Below are positions 1 through 8,920 of a stretch of 64,000 nucleotides of DNA, piece by piece. The notes under the pieces are model-generated. The model had not been told where the DNA came from and made no database searches. It saw only the letters and a list, made by a program, of their open reading frames with translations. The position numbers and the translations under genes are program-made. Each line of letters opens with the position of its first letter. Positions within the stretch are counted from its first letter, which is position 1. This stretch comes from an uncultured Calditrichaceae bacterium (GTDB taxonomy: Bacteria > Calditrichota > Calditrichia > RBG-13-44-9), in contig CAZUZS010000009.1 of the NCBI GenBank assembly GCA_964624795.1, forward strand, positions 32,361 through 96,360. The letters run 5' to 3'.

Positions 1-272
1 TCCGGGTGATGATGGAATTCCTGCATTTTGCCCATATCCTCATTACCCCGGACACCGCCCTCTCTCATGCCGCCTCGGCGATGGGCACGCCGGTGCTGGA
101 TCTCATCATCGGGGAGAATGAAGCCAAGTGGGCGCCTTACGGCGTCCCACACAAGATGGCGATCTCCGAAGATGCAAAGGACATCAGAGAGTTGCCCGTT
201 GAAAATGTGCTGAGTGGATTTAAAGAGCTATCTGCCGACTTAAGAAATCAAAATAAAGCATCTATGCAGTAG
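1..272 (+). CDS. 3' end of a glycosyltransferase family 9 (ADP-heptose:LPS heptosyltransferase-like) gene; the 5' part lies upstream of the window
   Basis: The ORF is open to the window edge in frame 3 with no plausible start inside. The C-terminal block ...PDTALSHAASAMGTPVLDLIIGENEAKWAPYG resembles the conserved GT9 motif D(S/T)GxMHLAAALGTPxVxLFGPTxPxRWxP. It sits next to msbA-like and PAP2 genes in an LPS context. Confidence 0.55.
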   Translation, partial: RVMMEFLHFAHILITPDTALSHAASAMGTPVLDLIIGENEAKWAPYGVPHKMAISEDAKDIRELPVENVLSGFKELSADLRNQNKASMQ

Positions 273-2178
273 TATTCGTTGAAACATCATCGGTTTTGAA
301 CTGCAGCTCATAAAGTTGCCGATAGCGTTCCGAGCGTTCCAGGAGCTCCCGGTTCGTGCCTTTGTCAATAATCCGCCCATCCTGCATAACCATAATCATA
401 TCGGAATTGACAATGGACGATAGCCGGTGGGCGATGATAAAAACCGTGCGGTCTTTCATCAGGTATTCAATGGCCCCCTGGATCAGCGCCTCGGATTCCG
501 AATCCAGCGAAGAGGTCGCCTCATCAAAAATTAAAATCGGCGGATTCTTCAAGATCGCCCTGGCAATTGAAATACGCTGGCGCTGTCCGCCAGACAACAG
601 CATTCCGCGCTCCCCGATGGTGGTCTCAAAGCCTTCCGGCATTTCGGTTATGAAGTCGTAAGCGTTGGCCATTTTTGCTGCATTTTCGATATCTTCCATC
701 GAATATTTTTCGATCCCATACGCAATGTTGTGGGCTACCGTATCATTAAACAGGATCACTTCCTGGGTGACAATTCCCATCAGGCGCCGAAGGCTGGAAA
801 GAGTGAGATCTCTTATGTCGGTACCATCGATCCGGATTGCGCCTGAGACAACGTCATAAAACCGGGGCAGCAGATTCACCACGGTGGTTTTACCGGCACC
901 GCTGCTGCCGACGAACGCCACTTTCTGATTCTTATGAACTTCGAAATTGACATTCTTAACGACCAACTCTCCCTTTGGAGTATAACGAAAGGAAACGTCT
1001 TCGTAAGTCACCACATTATCAAAGGTTTGCTTAGTCACTGCGTCTTCTTTTTCGACCACATCAAGAGGCTCATCCAGAACATTGAATATTCTTTTACCCG
1101 AAGCCAGGGCGATCTGGGCATTATTGTTCAACTCTCCCAAACTTTTCAGCGGCTCCAGCACCGCAAACAGTATGATGAGAAAGCGCATAAAATCTTCGGA
1201 AGTCAGCGATTTTCCCTGGTAAACCAGGATGCCGCCGTAGAAAATAACACCTGCCATTATCCATACGCCCAGTGTTTCGGAAAGCGGGCTGGACAATCGT
1301 TGCATCCGTACCTGCTTAACAACCGCCCGGAAATGATCCAGCGAAAATTTGCGAAACTTTTTATTCTCATAATCTTCCATCGAGAATGCTTTGACCACCT
1401 TTATTCCCGAAATGGTTTCCTGCAACACCGAGGTAATATCGGCGATTTTTTCCTGCACACGATGGCTGCGGCGCCGCAGGCTGCTACCGATTTTCCTTAT
1501 CAAAGCACCGGTCAGCGGAAGAATTGTAATAGCAATGAGCGTCAATTTCCAGTTTATACTGAACAGGATTGCAAGGTAGATGAGGATCATGACGGGATCA
1601 CGAATAATTTTTGTAAAACCCCGGTTCACCGCCACATTTACCGAGTTTATATCGTTGGTAATATTCGAGATCAGGTCACCTGTTTTATGTTTATGGAAAA
1701 AGTTCATGGACTGGTTGATGATTCTTTCGTAAAGCTGCTCGCGCAAATCTCTTACGACCCGTTGCTCCACCCACGTCATTGTATAAAATTCCGTGAACGC
1801 AAAAAAATTCTTCAGCAGGAAGGCCAGGATAATAAACATGCAGAGCCATTTCAGGGTCGTAATTGGCTCTCCCTTCGGGATTACCGATTGAATGTGTTCT
1901 TTCATCCAGCTATTTAAATCGAGAACACTTACATCGGTGTCGCGCGATGCGGTGGTAGTGTTTGCCGGCTGCACCTGTTGCTGCGGTGCTTTCTCAAACA
2001 TTACCGAAACAACCGGGGCGATCAACCACACCGAAAGTGTGCTGGAAATGACAAAGCCAAAGCTACAGATCACCACAATGGTTATTTGTTTGACATACGG
2101 CTTGAGATATGAAAGAATTCGAAGATATAAAGACAGGCTCTTTTGTGACAACTTTTTAGACATCCTTTTGCTCAACAA
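262..2178 (-). CDS. msbA: ABC exporter half-transporter (fused permease and ATPase), MsbA/lipid A flippase-like
   Basis: 638 aa. A hydrophobic 6-TM N-terminal half is followed by a nucleotide-binding domain with Walker A GSSGAGKTT, ABC signature LSGGQRQRISIARA, Walker B ILIFDEATSSLD and H-loop IIAHRL. Confidence 0.8.
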   Translation of the reverse strand: MLSKRMSKKLSQKSLSLYLRILSYLKPYVKQITIVVICSFGFVISSTLSVWLIAPVVSVMFEKAPQQQVQPANTTTASRDTDVSVLDLNSWMKEHIQSVIPKGEPITTLKWLCMFIILAFLLKNFFAFTEFYTMTWVEQRVVRDLREQLYERIINQSMNFFHKHKTGDLISNITNDINSVNVAVNRGFTKIIRDPVMILIYLAILFSINWKLTLIAITILPLTGALIRKIGSSLRRRSHRVQEKIADITSVLQETISGIKVVKAFSMEDYENKKFRKFSLDHFRAVVKQVRMQRLSSPLSETLGVWIMAGVIFYGGILVYQGKSLTSEDFMRFLIILFAVLEPLKSLGELNNNAQIALASGKRIFNVLDEPLDVVEKEDAVTKQTFDNVVTYEDVSFRYTPKGELVVKNVNFEVHKNQKVAFVGSSGAGKTTVVNLLPRFYDVVSGAIRIDGTDIRDLTLSSLRRLMGIVTQEVILFNDTVAHNIAYGIEKYSMEDIENAAKMANAYDFITEMPEGFETTIGERGMLLSGGQRQRISIARAILKNPPILIFDEATSSLDSESEALIQGAIEYLMKDRTVFIIAHRLSSIVNSDMIMVMQDGRIIDKGTNRELLERSERYRQLYELQFKTDDVSTNTTA

Positions 2179-2442
2179 GCATTGGATTCCGGTTCAATTA
2201 CAGCTTTCACAATCCCGTAATCCGAATACCTATTCAAAAACAGTTTATTTTTTTAGAACGCAGTACCTCATTAATCCTTAATAAACGTGGCATTGTACAA
2301 AAAAAACACAAAGAACACAACAACATTAGTTTTGCAGATAAAAACCGCAGCTATATTGAGTTCCAATAAAATTACATCGGTGAACCGGGGCACCGGTTGC
2401 TTTTATTCATATTTTATGTGTATTTTGCTGGAGAAATTATTT

Positions 2443-3357
2443 ATGAACTCTGACATAGGTATAATTCCACTAAAACAGGCATGTGAGGGAAATTTGAACA
2501 AATCATCACTTCCACGGCTCCCCCCCTTTTTTTTATGTTTGATTTATTTATTTTATTCAGAACCAATTTTCCCCCAGGTGAATTCGGCAGCAATGCAGGA
2601 AGCGGTTCATCAAGAACACCTATCTATTTTAGTGGAGGATTTAAGCCATTTTCTGAAAACTGGATTAGGAATTGCTGAAGCTCCGTTCGAATTCAACGCC
2701 TCCAATTGGCGAAGTGCCGGCTTGGCTGTTGGGTCAACCGCTCTGCTCTTTGCTGCCGACAAGACTGTCAGGAAGACGGCGCTTTCCAATCAAAACGATT
2801 TCAATGATCACCTGTTCTATTTCGACCATTTTTATGGGGATGTGTACGAATTGGGCTTCACGGTCGCTCTATATGGCGCCGGCTATGTAAGCGGCAGAAA
2901 GAACATACGAATGATGGGACTTCACTCCATTGAAGCGTTTCTGTACGCAGGCGCGATTTCCAGCGTATTTAAAGTTATTGCAGGGCGGCGGCGGCCTTAC
3001 GCGGGTGACCGCAACCTCGTATTCGAACCATTCAATTTCGAGAATGTCTACAATTCACTTCCAAGCGGGCACGCTACCGCCGCGTTCGCGGTATCCACCA
3101 TCATGGCAAAATCGGTTGACAACACACGCTGGGATATTTTCTGGTACGGGATTGCCGCCATGACCGGCGCTTCCCGCATCTATCACAACCAGCACTGGGT
3201 TTCGGATGTTTTCTTAGGATCGGTTCTGGGATACAGCGTGGCAAGCTATATCATGAACAGAGAGCAGGATTCATCAGAAAAACATTCCGCGGTCAGTAAA
3301 TTCACCATTTCTCCATATTTTGCAATTGGCAGCGCCGGAATACGAATGAGATTTTAA
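2443..3357 (+). CDS. PAP2-superfamily membrane phosphatase (possible lipid A / undecaprenyl-PP phosphatase)
   Basis: The three PAP2 signature motifs are present in order: KVIAGRRRPY (KxxxxxxRP), PSGHA, and SRIYHNQHWVSD (SRxxxxxHxxxD). There are several hydrophobic segments. The start is uncertain: the open frame begins at 2287, and in-frame ATGs occur at 2443 and 2593. Confidence 0.65.
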   Translation: MNSDIGIIPLKQACEGNLNKSSLPRLPPFFLCLIYLFYSEPIFPQVNSAAMQEAVHQEHLSILVEDLSHFLKTGLGIAEAPFEFNASNWRSAGLAVGSTALLFAADKTVRKTALSNQNDFNDHLFYFDHFYGDVYELGFTVALYGAGYVSGRKNIRMMGLHSIEAFLYAGAISSVFKVIAGRRRPYAGDRNLVFEPFNFENVYNSLPSGHATAAFAVSTIMAKSVDNTRWDIFWYGIAAMTGASRIYHNQHWVSDVFLGSVLGYSVASYIMNREQDSSEKHSAVSKFTISPYFAIGSAGIRMRF

Positions 3358-3772
3358 AGCGGGTAACATGCCGTCCCCTAAGGAACTGTGCTTCGTAGGT
3401 GCTTGCTTATGCTTTGGAATTTCCCTCTCTCCAAGACTCGGTTTTGTAAACATTTCTTATCTCACTAAAAATTCATAGTTATCCAGAACAAGCCAATCCA
3501 AGTCCTGTAAGGACGAAATACCTATAGAATTCCGGATCACCTCAAAATCATAAAGTCCCATCGGGACGAAATGTATCAGTAGATGCCAATGGCAATCCGA
3601 ACGCGATCGAAAATCGGGCAAGCGGTGTTTCGATACGCCTTTCGCAGGGCTCCGGCCCACTCAACACCCGCCCGTTCCACCAATTTCACGACGACGCAGA
3701 AAAAATAAACCGTTGCAAAAAAACGTGCAAGGCAATTACTTTATATTGATAAACTTGTAAGGAGAAAAGTCG

Positions 3773-5851
3773 ATGCACAAACGGACATTCGCACTTTTGA
3801 TAGCTGTTCCGATTCTGGCAATTTGGATTTCATTATCCATATTCTTATCATGTACAAAACAGCAGGCAGAGGGAGAAATGAAGATAGGTGTAAGCAATGC
3901 ACTCCAACAGCAAACAATTGCGGCCATGACCAAAAAGTTTGGCGATGGCGAACGGCAACGGATTGAGACAGGCATTGCGCAGGTCGCGGCTCGCTGGCAA
4001 ACAAAAGACGGCAGTGAACAGGAATTCCGGGATTTTTGCCTGAAATACTACTTTGCCGATCCCGCCGAACGGGATGTGCTGTTCTCGCGTTTCCAGCGCA
4101 ATTTGGAATCGCTCTACGGAAATCTCCACCGCATTTCGCGGGATTTCAACTGGGCACTGCAGGTGGATGACGGCCTGGTTCACCCGGTGGACTATCTTTT
4201 CGCCAATTACAATGCATTTTCCCACACCAGCGACGATCTTTTCAAGACCAAACTGGCGTTTACGGTACTGCTCAATTTTCCTCTTCAAACCCTGGAAGAC
4301 AAAAATGCACAGGGAATGAGCTGGAGCCGTGAGAAATGGGCGGAAACGCGTCTTGCGGAAATCTTTTCCGACCGGGTGCCGGCAGAGATTGCGCAAAAAC
4401 GCTCCGAGGCTTATGTGGCCGCGGATGACTATATCAACAACTACAACATTTACATGCACAATCTGGTGGACGATAAAGGCGAGCGGCTGTTTCCGGATGG
4501 CTTGAAACTCATCAGCCACTGGGGATTGCGAGACGAATTGAAGGGCCAATATGCTAACCCGGACGGCCTGCCTCGCCAAAAGATGATTGCACAGGTGATG
4601 GAACGGATCATCAGGCAGAAAATTCCGCAGGTGGTTATCAACAATGAAAAATATGATTGGAATCCATTCACCAATACGGTTTACGAGGCCGGGACGACCA
4701 AAACGGTGCAGGTGAGTGCAGAATCCGAGACCCGCTACCAACACATCTGGGACATTTACCAGGCGGAGCGGCTGATCGATCCCTACTTCCCGCAGGCGCC
4801 CTCGCTGGTGGACCGCCGTTTCAAGATTAGCCGCGAACTGCCAGAGAGCGATGTGGAGGCGCTGCTCAAGGAAATCCTTACCGCGCCGGTGCTGAAAGAT
4901 ATGGCGGCACTCATCCAAAAACGGTTGGACCGTCCGCTGCAGCCGTTCGATATCTGGTACAACGGGTTTAAAGCGCGCTCCGATTTCGATGAGGCAAAAC
5001 TGGACCGGATTGTGGGCAATAAATATCCCACTGTCAAAGCATTCCAGCAAGATGTACCAAATATTTTGCAGAGCCTGGGATTCACCGCGCAAAAAGCGCG
5101 ATTCCTGGCCGATCACATTCAGGTTGACCCTTCGCGCGGTGCGGGGCATGCATCCGGCGCAGAAATGCGGGAGGACCAGGCGCACCTGCGAACCCGAATT
5201 CCGAAGGGCGGCATGAAATACAAAGGATTCAATATTGCCATTCACGAGATGGGACATAATGTGGAACAGGTATTTTCACTGAATGAAATGGACTACTATA
5301 CACTAAACGGCGTACCCAATACCGCTTTTACCGAGGCATTCGCGTTTGTTTTCCAGTCCCGTGATCTGGATGTTTTGGGTATAAAAGGCAGCCTGCGCGA
5401 AAAGGATGACCTGCGGGCACTGGATGATATGTGGAACACCTTTGAGATTTCCGGGGTGGCGCTCACCGATATGTATATCTGGCGATGGATGTATGCGCAT
5501 CCGGAGGCCAATCCGCAGCAACTGCACCAGGCAATGCTGGAAACCGCCAAACAGGTATGGAACGATTATTTTGCGCAGGTTCTCGGCCAGAGGGATCAGG
5601 ATTTACTGGCAATTTATTCCCACATTGTGGACGGCGCCATGTATACCCCGGATTATCCGATGGGATTCATTATTTCCTTCCAGATTGAACAGTATTTGAA
5701 AAGCCACCAGTTGGCAACCGAGATGGAAAGAATGTGCCGATTGGGACGCCTCTCGCCGCAAGTGTGGATGCAGCAGGCGGTGGGCGAAAAAGTATCTGCG
5801 AAACCACTTATTGAGGCCGCCAACCGGGCAGCCAAAAGCATGGGTAGTTGA
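3773..5851 (+). CDS. Lipoprotein zinc metallopeptidase (gluzincin, HEMGH...EA; M2/M3-like)
   Basis: An AAGGAG ribosome-binding site lies 8 nt upstream of the ATG. The N-terminus MHKRTFALLIAVPILAIWISLSIFLSC is a signal peptide with a lipobox-like Cys. HEMGH is followed 23 aa later by TEAFAFV, the gluzincin third-ligand Glu, which resembles the ACE/M2 HEMGH...EAIGD arrangement. 692 aa. Confidence 0.7.
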   Translation: MHKRTFALLIAVPILAIWISLSIFLSCTKQQAEGEMKIGVSNALQQQTIAAMTKKFGDGERQRIETGIAQVAARWQTKDGSEQEFRDFCLKYYFADPAERDVLFSRFQRNLESLYGNLHRISRDFNWALQVDDGLVHPVDYLFANYNAFSHTSDDLFKTKLAFTVLLNFPLQTLEDKNAQGMSWSREKWAETRLAEIFSDRVPAEIAQKRSEAYVAADDYINNYNIYMHNLVDDKGERLFPDGLKLISHWGLRDELKGQYANPDGLPRQKMIAQVMERIIRQKIPQVVINNEKYDWNPFTNTVYEAGTTKTVQVSAESETRYQHIWDIYQAERLIDPYFPQAPSLVDRRFKISRELPESDVEALLKEILTAPVLKDMAALIQKRLDRPLQPFDIWYNGFKARSDFDEAKLDRIVGNKYPTVKAFQQDVPNILQSLGFTAQKARFLADHIQVDPSRGAGHASGAEMREDQAHLRTRIPKGGMKYKGFNIAIHEMGHNVEQVFSLNEMDYYTLNGVPNTAFTEAFAFVFQSRDLDVLGIKGSLREKDDLRALDDMWNTFEISGVALTDMYIWRWMYAHPEANPQQLHQAMLETAKQVWNDYFAQVLGQRDQDLLAIYSHIVDGAMYTPDYPMGFIISFQIEQYLKSHQLATEMERMCRLGRLSPQVWMQQAVGEKVSAKPLIEAANRAAKSMGS

Positions 5852-5861
5852 TTCTATCTCA

Positions 5862-5900
5862 GTAGGGAGTCCACCTGCAATTTGGATTCCCGACAGTAAT
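5862..5900. terminator. Possible bidirectional hairpin between convergent genes
   Basis: GGGAGTCC-(11 nt loop)-GGATTCCC forms an 8-bp stem with one G:U pair, followed by ...GTAATTTTTT. It lies between the stop at 5851 (+) and the stop at 5904 (-). Confidence 0.3.
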
Positions 5901-5903
5901 TTT

Positions 5904-7349
5904 TTATCGAATCAATGCCATTCGGTTGGTAATAGCAGCATCTCCGGCTTCCATCCGGTAAAAATAGATGCCGGAAGGTACTGCGATTTCATTTGCATCC
6001 GTGCCATTCCATATCACTGAATGCGAACCGGCGTATTCAAAATCACTCACCAGTATTTTTACTTCCTGCCCCAAAAGGCTGAATACTTTCACTGTTACAT
6101 CCGCGGCTTTCGGCAGGGAATAACGTATTTCGGTCTGCGGATTGAACGGATTGGGGAAATTTTGTTCGAGCCTAAATCCCTGCGGGAGTGACTTTTTCCC
6201 GGATTTTATCGCCGTCATAAAAAAGAACGGAAAAGTCTTCGCCAGCGGCCCGCCATAAGCACCCATATCGTTCCTCAGACCGCCAAGCGAAGGTCGCAAG
6301 GCAAAACCCGGATTTGCAGAATCTTCTGGATCGTTATAAATGGCAGCCGTATCGCCAGAGTCAACGCATGGCGAGCCGGGCGTAAGGTAGTAGTTGGAAT
6401 CGGCGAATGCCGGATTGAGATCGATATTCCCGTCACCATTAAAACCGCCTTCAATATCACAATAGCTGAAATTAACGGCGCCCCCAATCCTGGCAATGGG
6501 ATCGCCATTGCTCTGGGAATTTCCCCAGATGATATTATTCCGCCCTTCCACCGCTGTCGACCACACCATCATCGCCCCGCCGCGACCACCATAGGCGCCT
6601 GTTCCGATGGACGAGTTTCCCACAATCGTGTTGTTCTCGATGATCTTCGGCGCCGGGCCGTTGCTGTAAACCCAGATGCCGGAACCGCCATAATCCTCAC
6701 CACCGCTATTATTGATAATCACATTATTTTTGATGATACCGCCCGAAAAATTAAGAACAATTGCCGCGCCATATCGTCCCCGGTTGGACATAATCACATT
6801 GTTAAAAATCCGGGGATTGCCGTCGCCGCAGCGAATGGCGCCACCGCCAGCGCTGGTGACCCCGCTCCGGTTTATCGCCTCGTTATTCATAATCAGGTTG
6901 TTTTTTATGGTAGGAGAGGCTAACTCGATCAGTATGCCGCCGCCTTCCCGGTAGAATCCGCCAATGTGAATATCCGGCCAGCGGGTGCCGGTGCCGCCGG
7001 TCAGGGTAAATCCTTCCAGGACTGCGCTGGAATCTTCACCGGATATGAACAATACACAACTGGCGGTGTCGGGATATGCCGGTGTGCTGCCATTTATTAC
7101 AGTGGCGGTGATGTGCAATGCATCATGATCCACCGCAAACCAACTGGCGACGACCATATTTTTCCCCCGGAAATTGATGTTCTCCGGGTAACTTCCATCG
7201 GCGACAAGAACGGTGTCGCCGTCCACGGCCTGGTTAATCGCTTCCTGAATTGTCCGGAAATCGGCCGGAACCTGGATTGTGGAAGCAGATGACATACTAA
7301 ATATATTCAGAGCAAACAACACGATGATACTTGCAATTCTATTCAACAT
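5904..7349 (-). CDS. Secreted right-handed beta-helix (pectate-lyase-fold) protein with a T9SS C-terminal sorting domain
   Basis: The N-terminal signal peptide is MLNRIASIIVLFALNIFSMSSAS. Repeated beta-helix rungs include NNVIMSNRG, NNVIINNSGG, NNTIVGNSS and NNIIWGNSQ. The C-terminal ~85 aa, LEQNFPNPFNPQTEIRYSL...GIYFYRMEAG, is a type-A T9SS C-terminal domain. Confidence 0.8.
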   Translation of the reverse strand: MLNRIASIIVLFALNIFSMSSASTIQVPADFRTIQEAINQAVDGDTVLVADGSYPENINFRGKNMVVASWFAVDHDALHITATVINGSTPAYPDTASCVLFISGEDSSAVLEGFTLTGGTGTRWPDIHIGGFYREGGGILIELASPTIKNNLIMNNEAINRSGVTSAGGGAIRCGDGNPRIFNNVIMSNRGRYGAAIVLNFSGGIIKNNVIINNSGGEDYGGSGIWVYSNGPAPKIIENNTIVGNSSIGTGAYGGRGGAMMVWSTAVEGRNNIIWGNSQSNGDPIARIGGAVNFSYCDIEGGFNGDGNIDLNPAFADSNYYLTPGSPCVDSGDTAAIYNDPEDSANPGFALRPSLGGLRNDMGAYGGPLAKTFPFFFMTAIKSGKKSLPQGFRLEQNFPNPFNPQTEIRYSLPKAADVTVKVFSLLGQEVKILVSDFEYAGSHSVIWNGTDANEIAVPSGIYFYRMEAGDAAITNRMALIR

Positions 7350-7532
7350 GACGCCTCCTGTATTGATAATATGGTAATTGAAAAAATTATATTGCCCTGA
7401 AGGGCTCGCCAGTTCTTATCCCTAAATATTCGCGGTTATGGATGACCGGCTAACCTTGACTAAACAGAAAAAACAATAAAATGAAGTGTTCGGTGTGGGT
7501 CGGTAAAAGCCTTCCGTAACACCGAAAAGGCA

Positions 7533-8441
7533 TTAATTGTTAAAATTGAATATTTCCCTGAATTCAGGATCGTCCAGCATCGCTGTAAGCGAGTGAACAA
7601 AATCGGGCGGAGTTTGGAATGGATGATCCCGGAAGAGTTGACGGTGTTTGGATTCGAAGAAATTGTCTGCCTGACGATATTTTTCCCCAACCACCTGTCC
7701 AATCTTGTGGACGTAGTTTTTGCTGAACAGCAGCCGTTCGGGAACCACCACGCCTTCGTCGATAAGCGCCCTGGTCTTTTTGGTGCAATGGCAGGGATTG
7801 ATTTTTTTAACAAGACCGCATTTGTGATCCATAAAATTGCGTATATCCTGGCGGGCACGGGACAATTTCTTGCGGAAATTAACGCGACTCACTTTGAGTA
7901 TCTCCGCTCCGATTTTATCAGTAACATTCAGAACTTCCCCAAGAATAAAAATCAGCCGCTGCTCACGGTCAAGGCAGAGCAGCATTCCGAACATGCAGCC
8001 GATTTTTGTTTCCTCGACAACCAAACTGACATCAACCGGCAAACTCGCCCGGTCCGGAATTTCCATGTCGGCGGTGTCATCAATGCTTCTTCCATATTGC
8101 GAAAAGGAACGGTAAAATTTCTCGTATTTTCGGGTTTTCATATTGATTACGTGGTTGGCGGTAATGCGGTAAACCCAGGTTCGAAAACTGCTTCTCTTTT
8201 TGAATGTTGATAGCTTAGTGATGACCTTGATCAGGATTTCCTGGGTCACATCCTTCGCATCCTGCGGATTCCAGACCATTCGCAACGCGATATTGTAAAT
8301 CCAGGCCTGGTGTCGATAAATAAGCTCCTCCAGTGCTTTGCGGCTGCCTTGCACAGCCCTATCCACTAATATTTCATCGCTGGAATCGGTGAGATATTTT
8401 TCGGCAAACGGATTTATTATTTCACTGCTTTGGATTCTCAT
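7533..8441 (-). CDS. ECF-type sigma-70 family sigma factor with a ~95-aa Cys/His-containing C-terminal extension
   Basis: Region 2 (YRHQAWIYNIALRMVWNPQDAKDVTQEILIKV...FRTWVYRITANHVIN) and region 4 (REQRLIFILGEVLNVTDKIGAEILKVSRVNFRKKLSRARQDI) are both present. The extra C-terminal domain begins FMDHKCGLVKKINPCHCTKK. Confidence 0.8.
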   Translation of the reverse strand: MRIQSSEIINPFAEKYLTDSSDEILVDRAVQGSRKALEELIYRHQAWIYNIALRMVWNPQDAKDVTQEILIKVITKLSTFKKRSSFRTWVYRITANHVINMKTRKYEKFYRSFSQYGRSIDDTADMEIPDRASLPVDVSLVVEETKIGCMFGMLLCLDREQRLIFILGEVLNVTDKIGAEILKVSRVNFRKKLSRARQDIRNFMDHKCGLVKKINPCHCTKKTRALIDEGVVVPERLLFSKNYVHKIGQVVGEKYRQADNFFESKHRQLFRDHPFQTPPDFVHSLTAMLDDPEFREIFNFNN

Positions 8442-8920
8442 TTTATGCTGCCCATGCGCTTTGGGTTGAAGATCAACTGTTTCCAGGTCTACTCGTCTGC
8501 ACTAAGATACCGCATATTTTCATAAAAAGTTTAGTTTCGCTATTATCTTAGACAGTAGTAAACCGGGAGTGTGACAACATTAAACCACGTTTCAGCAGAC
8601 AGGAGATCTTGCAGTTTCCGGTTCTCCAACTGATGGTTGAACAAATTACCGGGAAGCCAGAATCGAAACCAGCTTCATGCAGCGTAAACTTCAGGCTGAA
8701 CAGCCTGCTTATCCACAGACCAATTCAGCGTTTGAGCACTTCCAGCCGTGAACCCATGGAATAGAGATTTGAAGCACAAGGCAGAAACCTTCACCAAAAG
8801 CAGTAGTTTTAATGTTCTGGTATTTGACATGCAGTGCAATAAGAGATTATCGCTTGAGTTGCCTGTCAAGATTTGGTAGATTTAATGTCTTTATTTTTCT
8901 ACAAACGGAGGACAGTGGAA

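Noticed and set aside
934-1917. 327-aa plus-strand ORF
   Set aside because: It is antisense inside the MsbA-like ABC exporter gene, with no motifs.
3358-3772. 415-bp intergenic region with a 67-aa ORF (3457-3660), a possible small RNA gene
   Set aside because: No recognisable tRNA cloverleaf, riboswitch or repeat structure was seen by eye, and the ORF lacks a ribosome-binding site. It is probably a promoter region for the peptidase gene.
3848-5257. 469-aa minus-strand ORF
   Set aside because: It lies completely inside the HEMGH peptidase gene, antisense. It has no motifs and a Cys/Arg/His-rich composition typical of GC-rich shadow frames.
7460-7858. 132-aa minus-strand ORF overlapping the 3' end of the ECF sigma gene
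   Set aside because: It is out of frame with, and overlapping, a well-supported gene. It has no ribosome-binding site or motifs.
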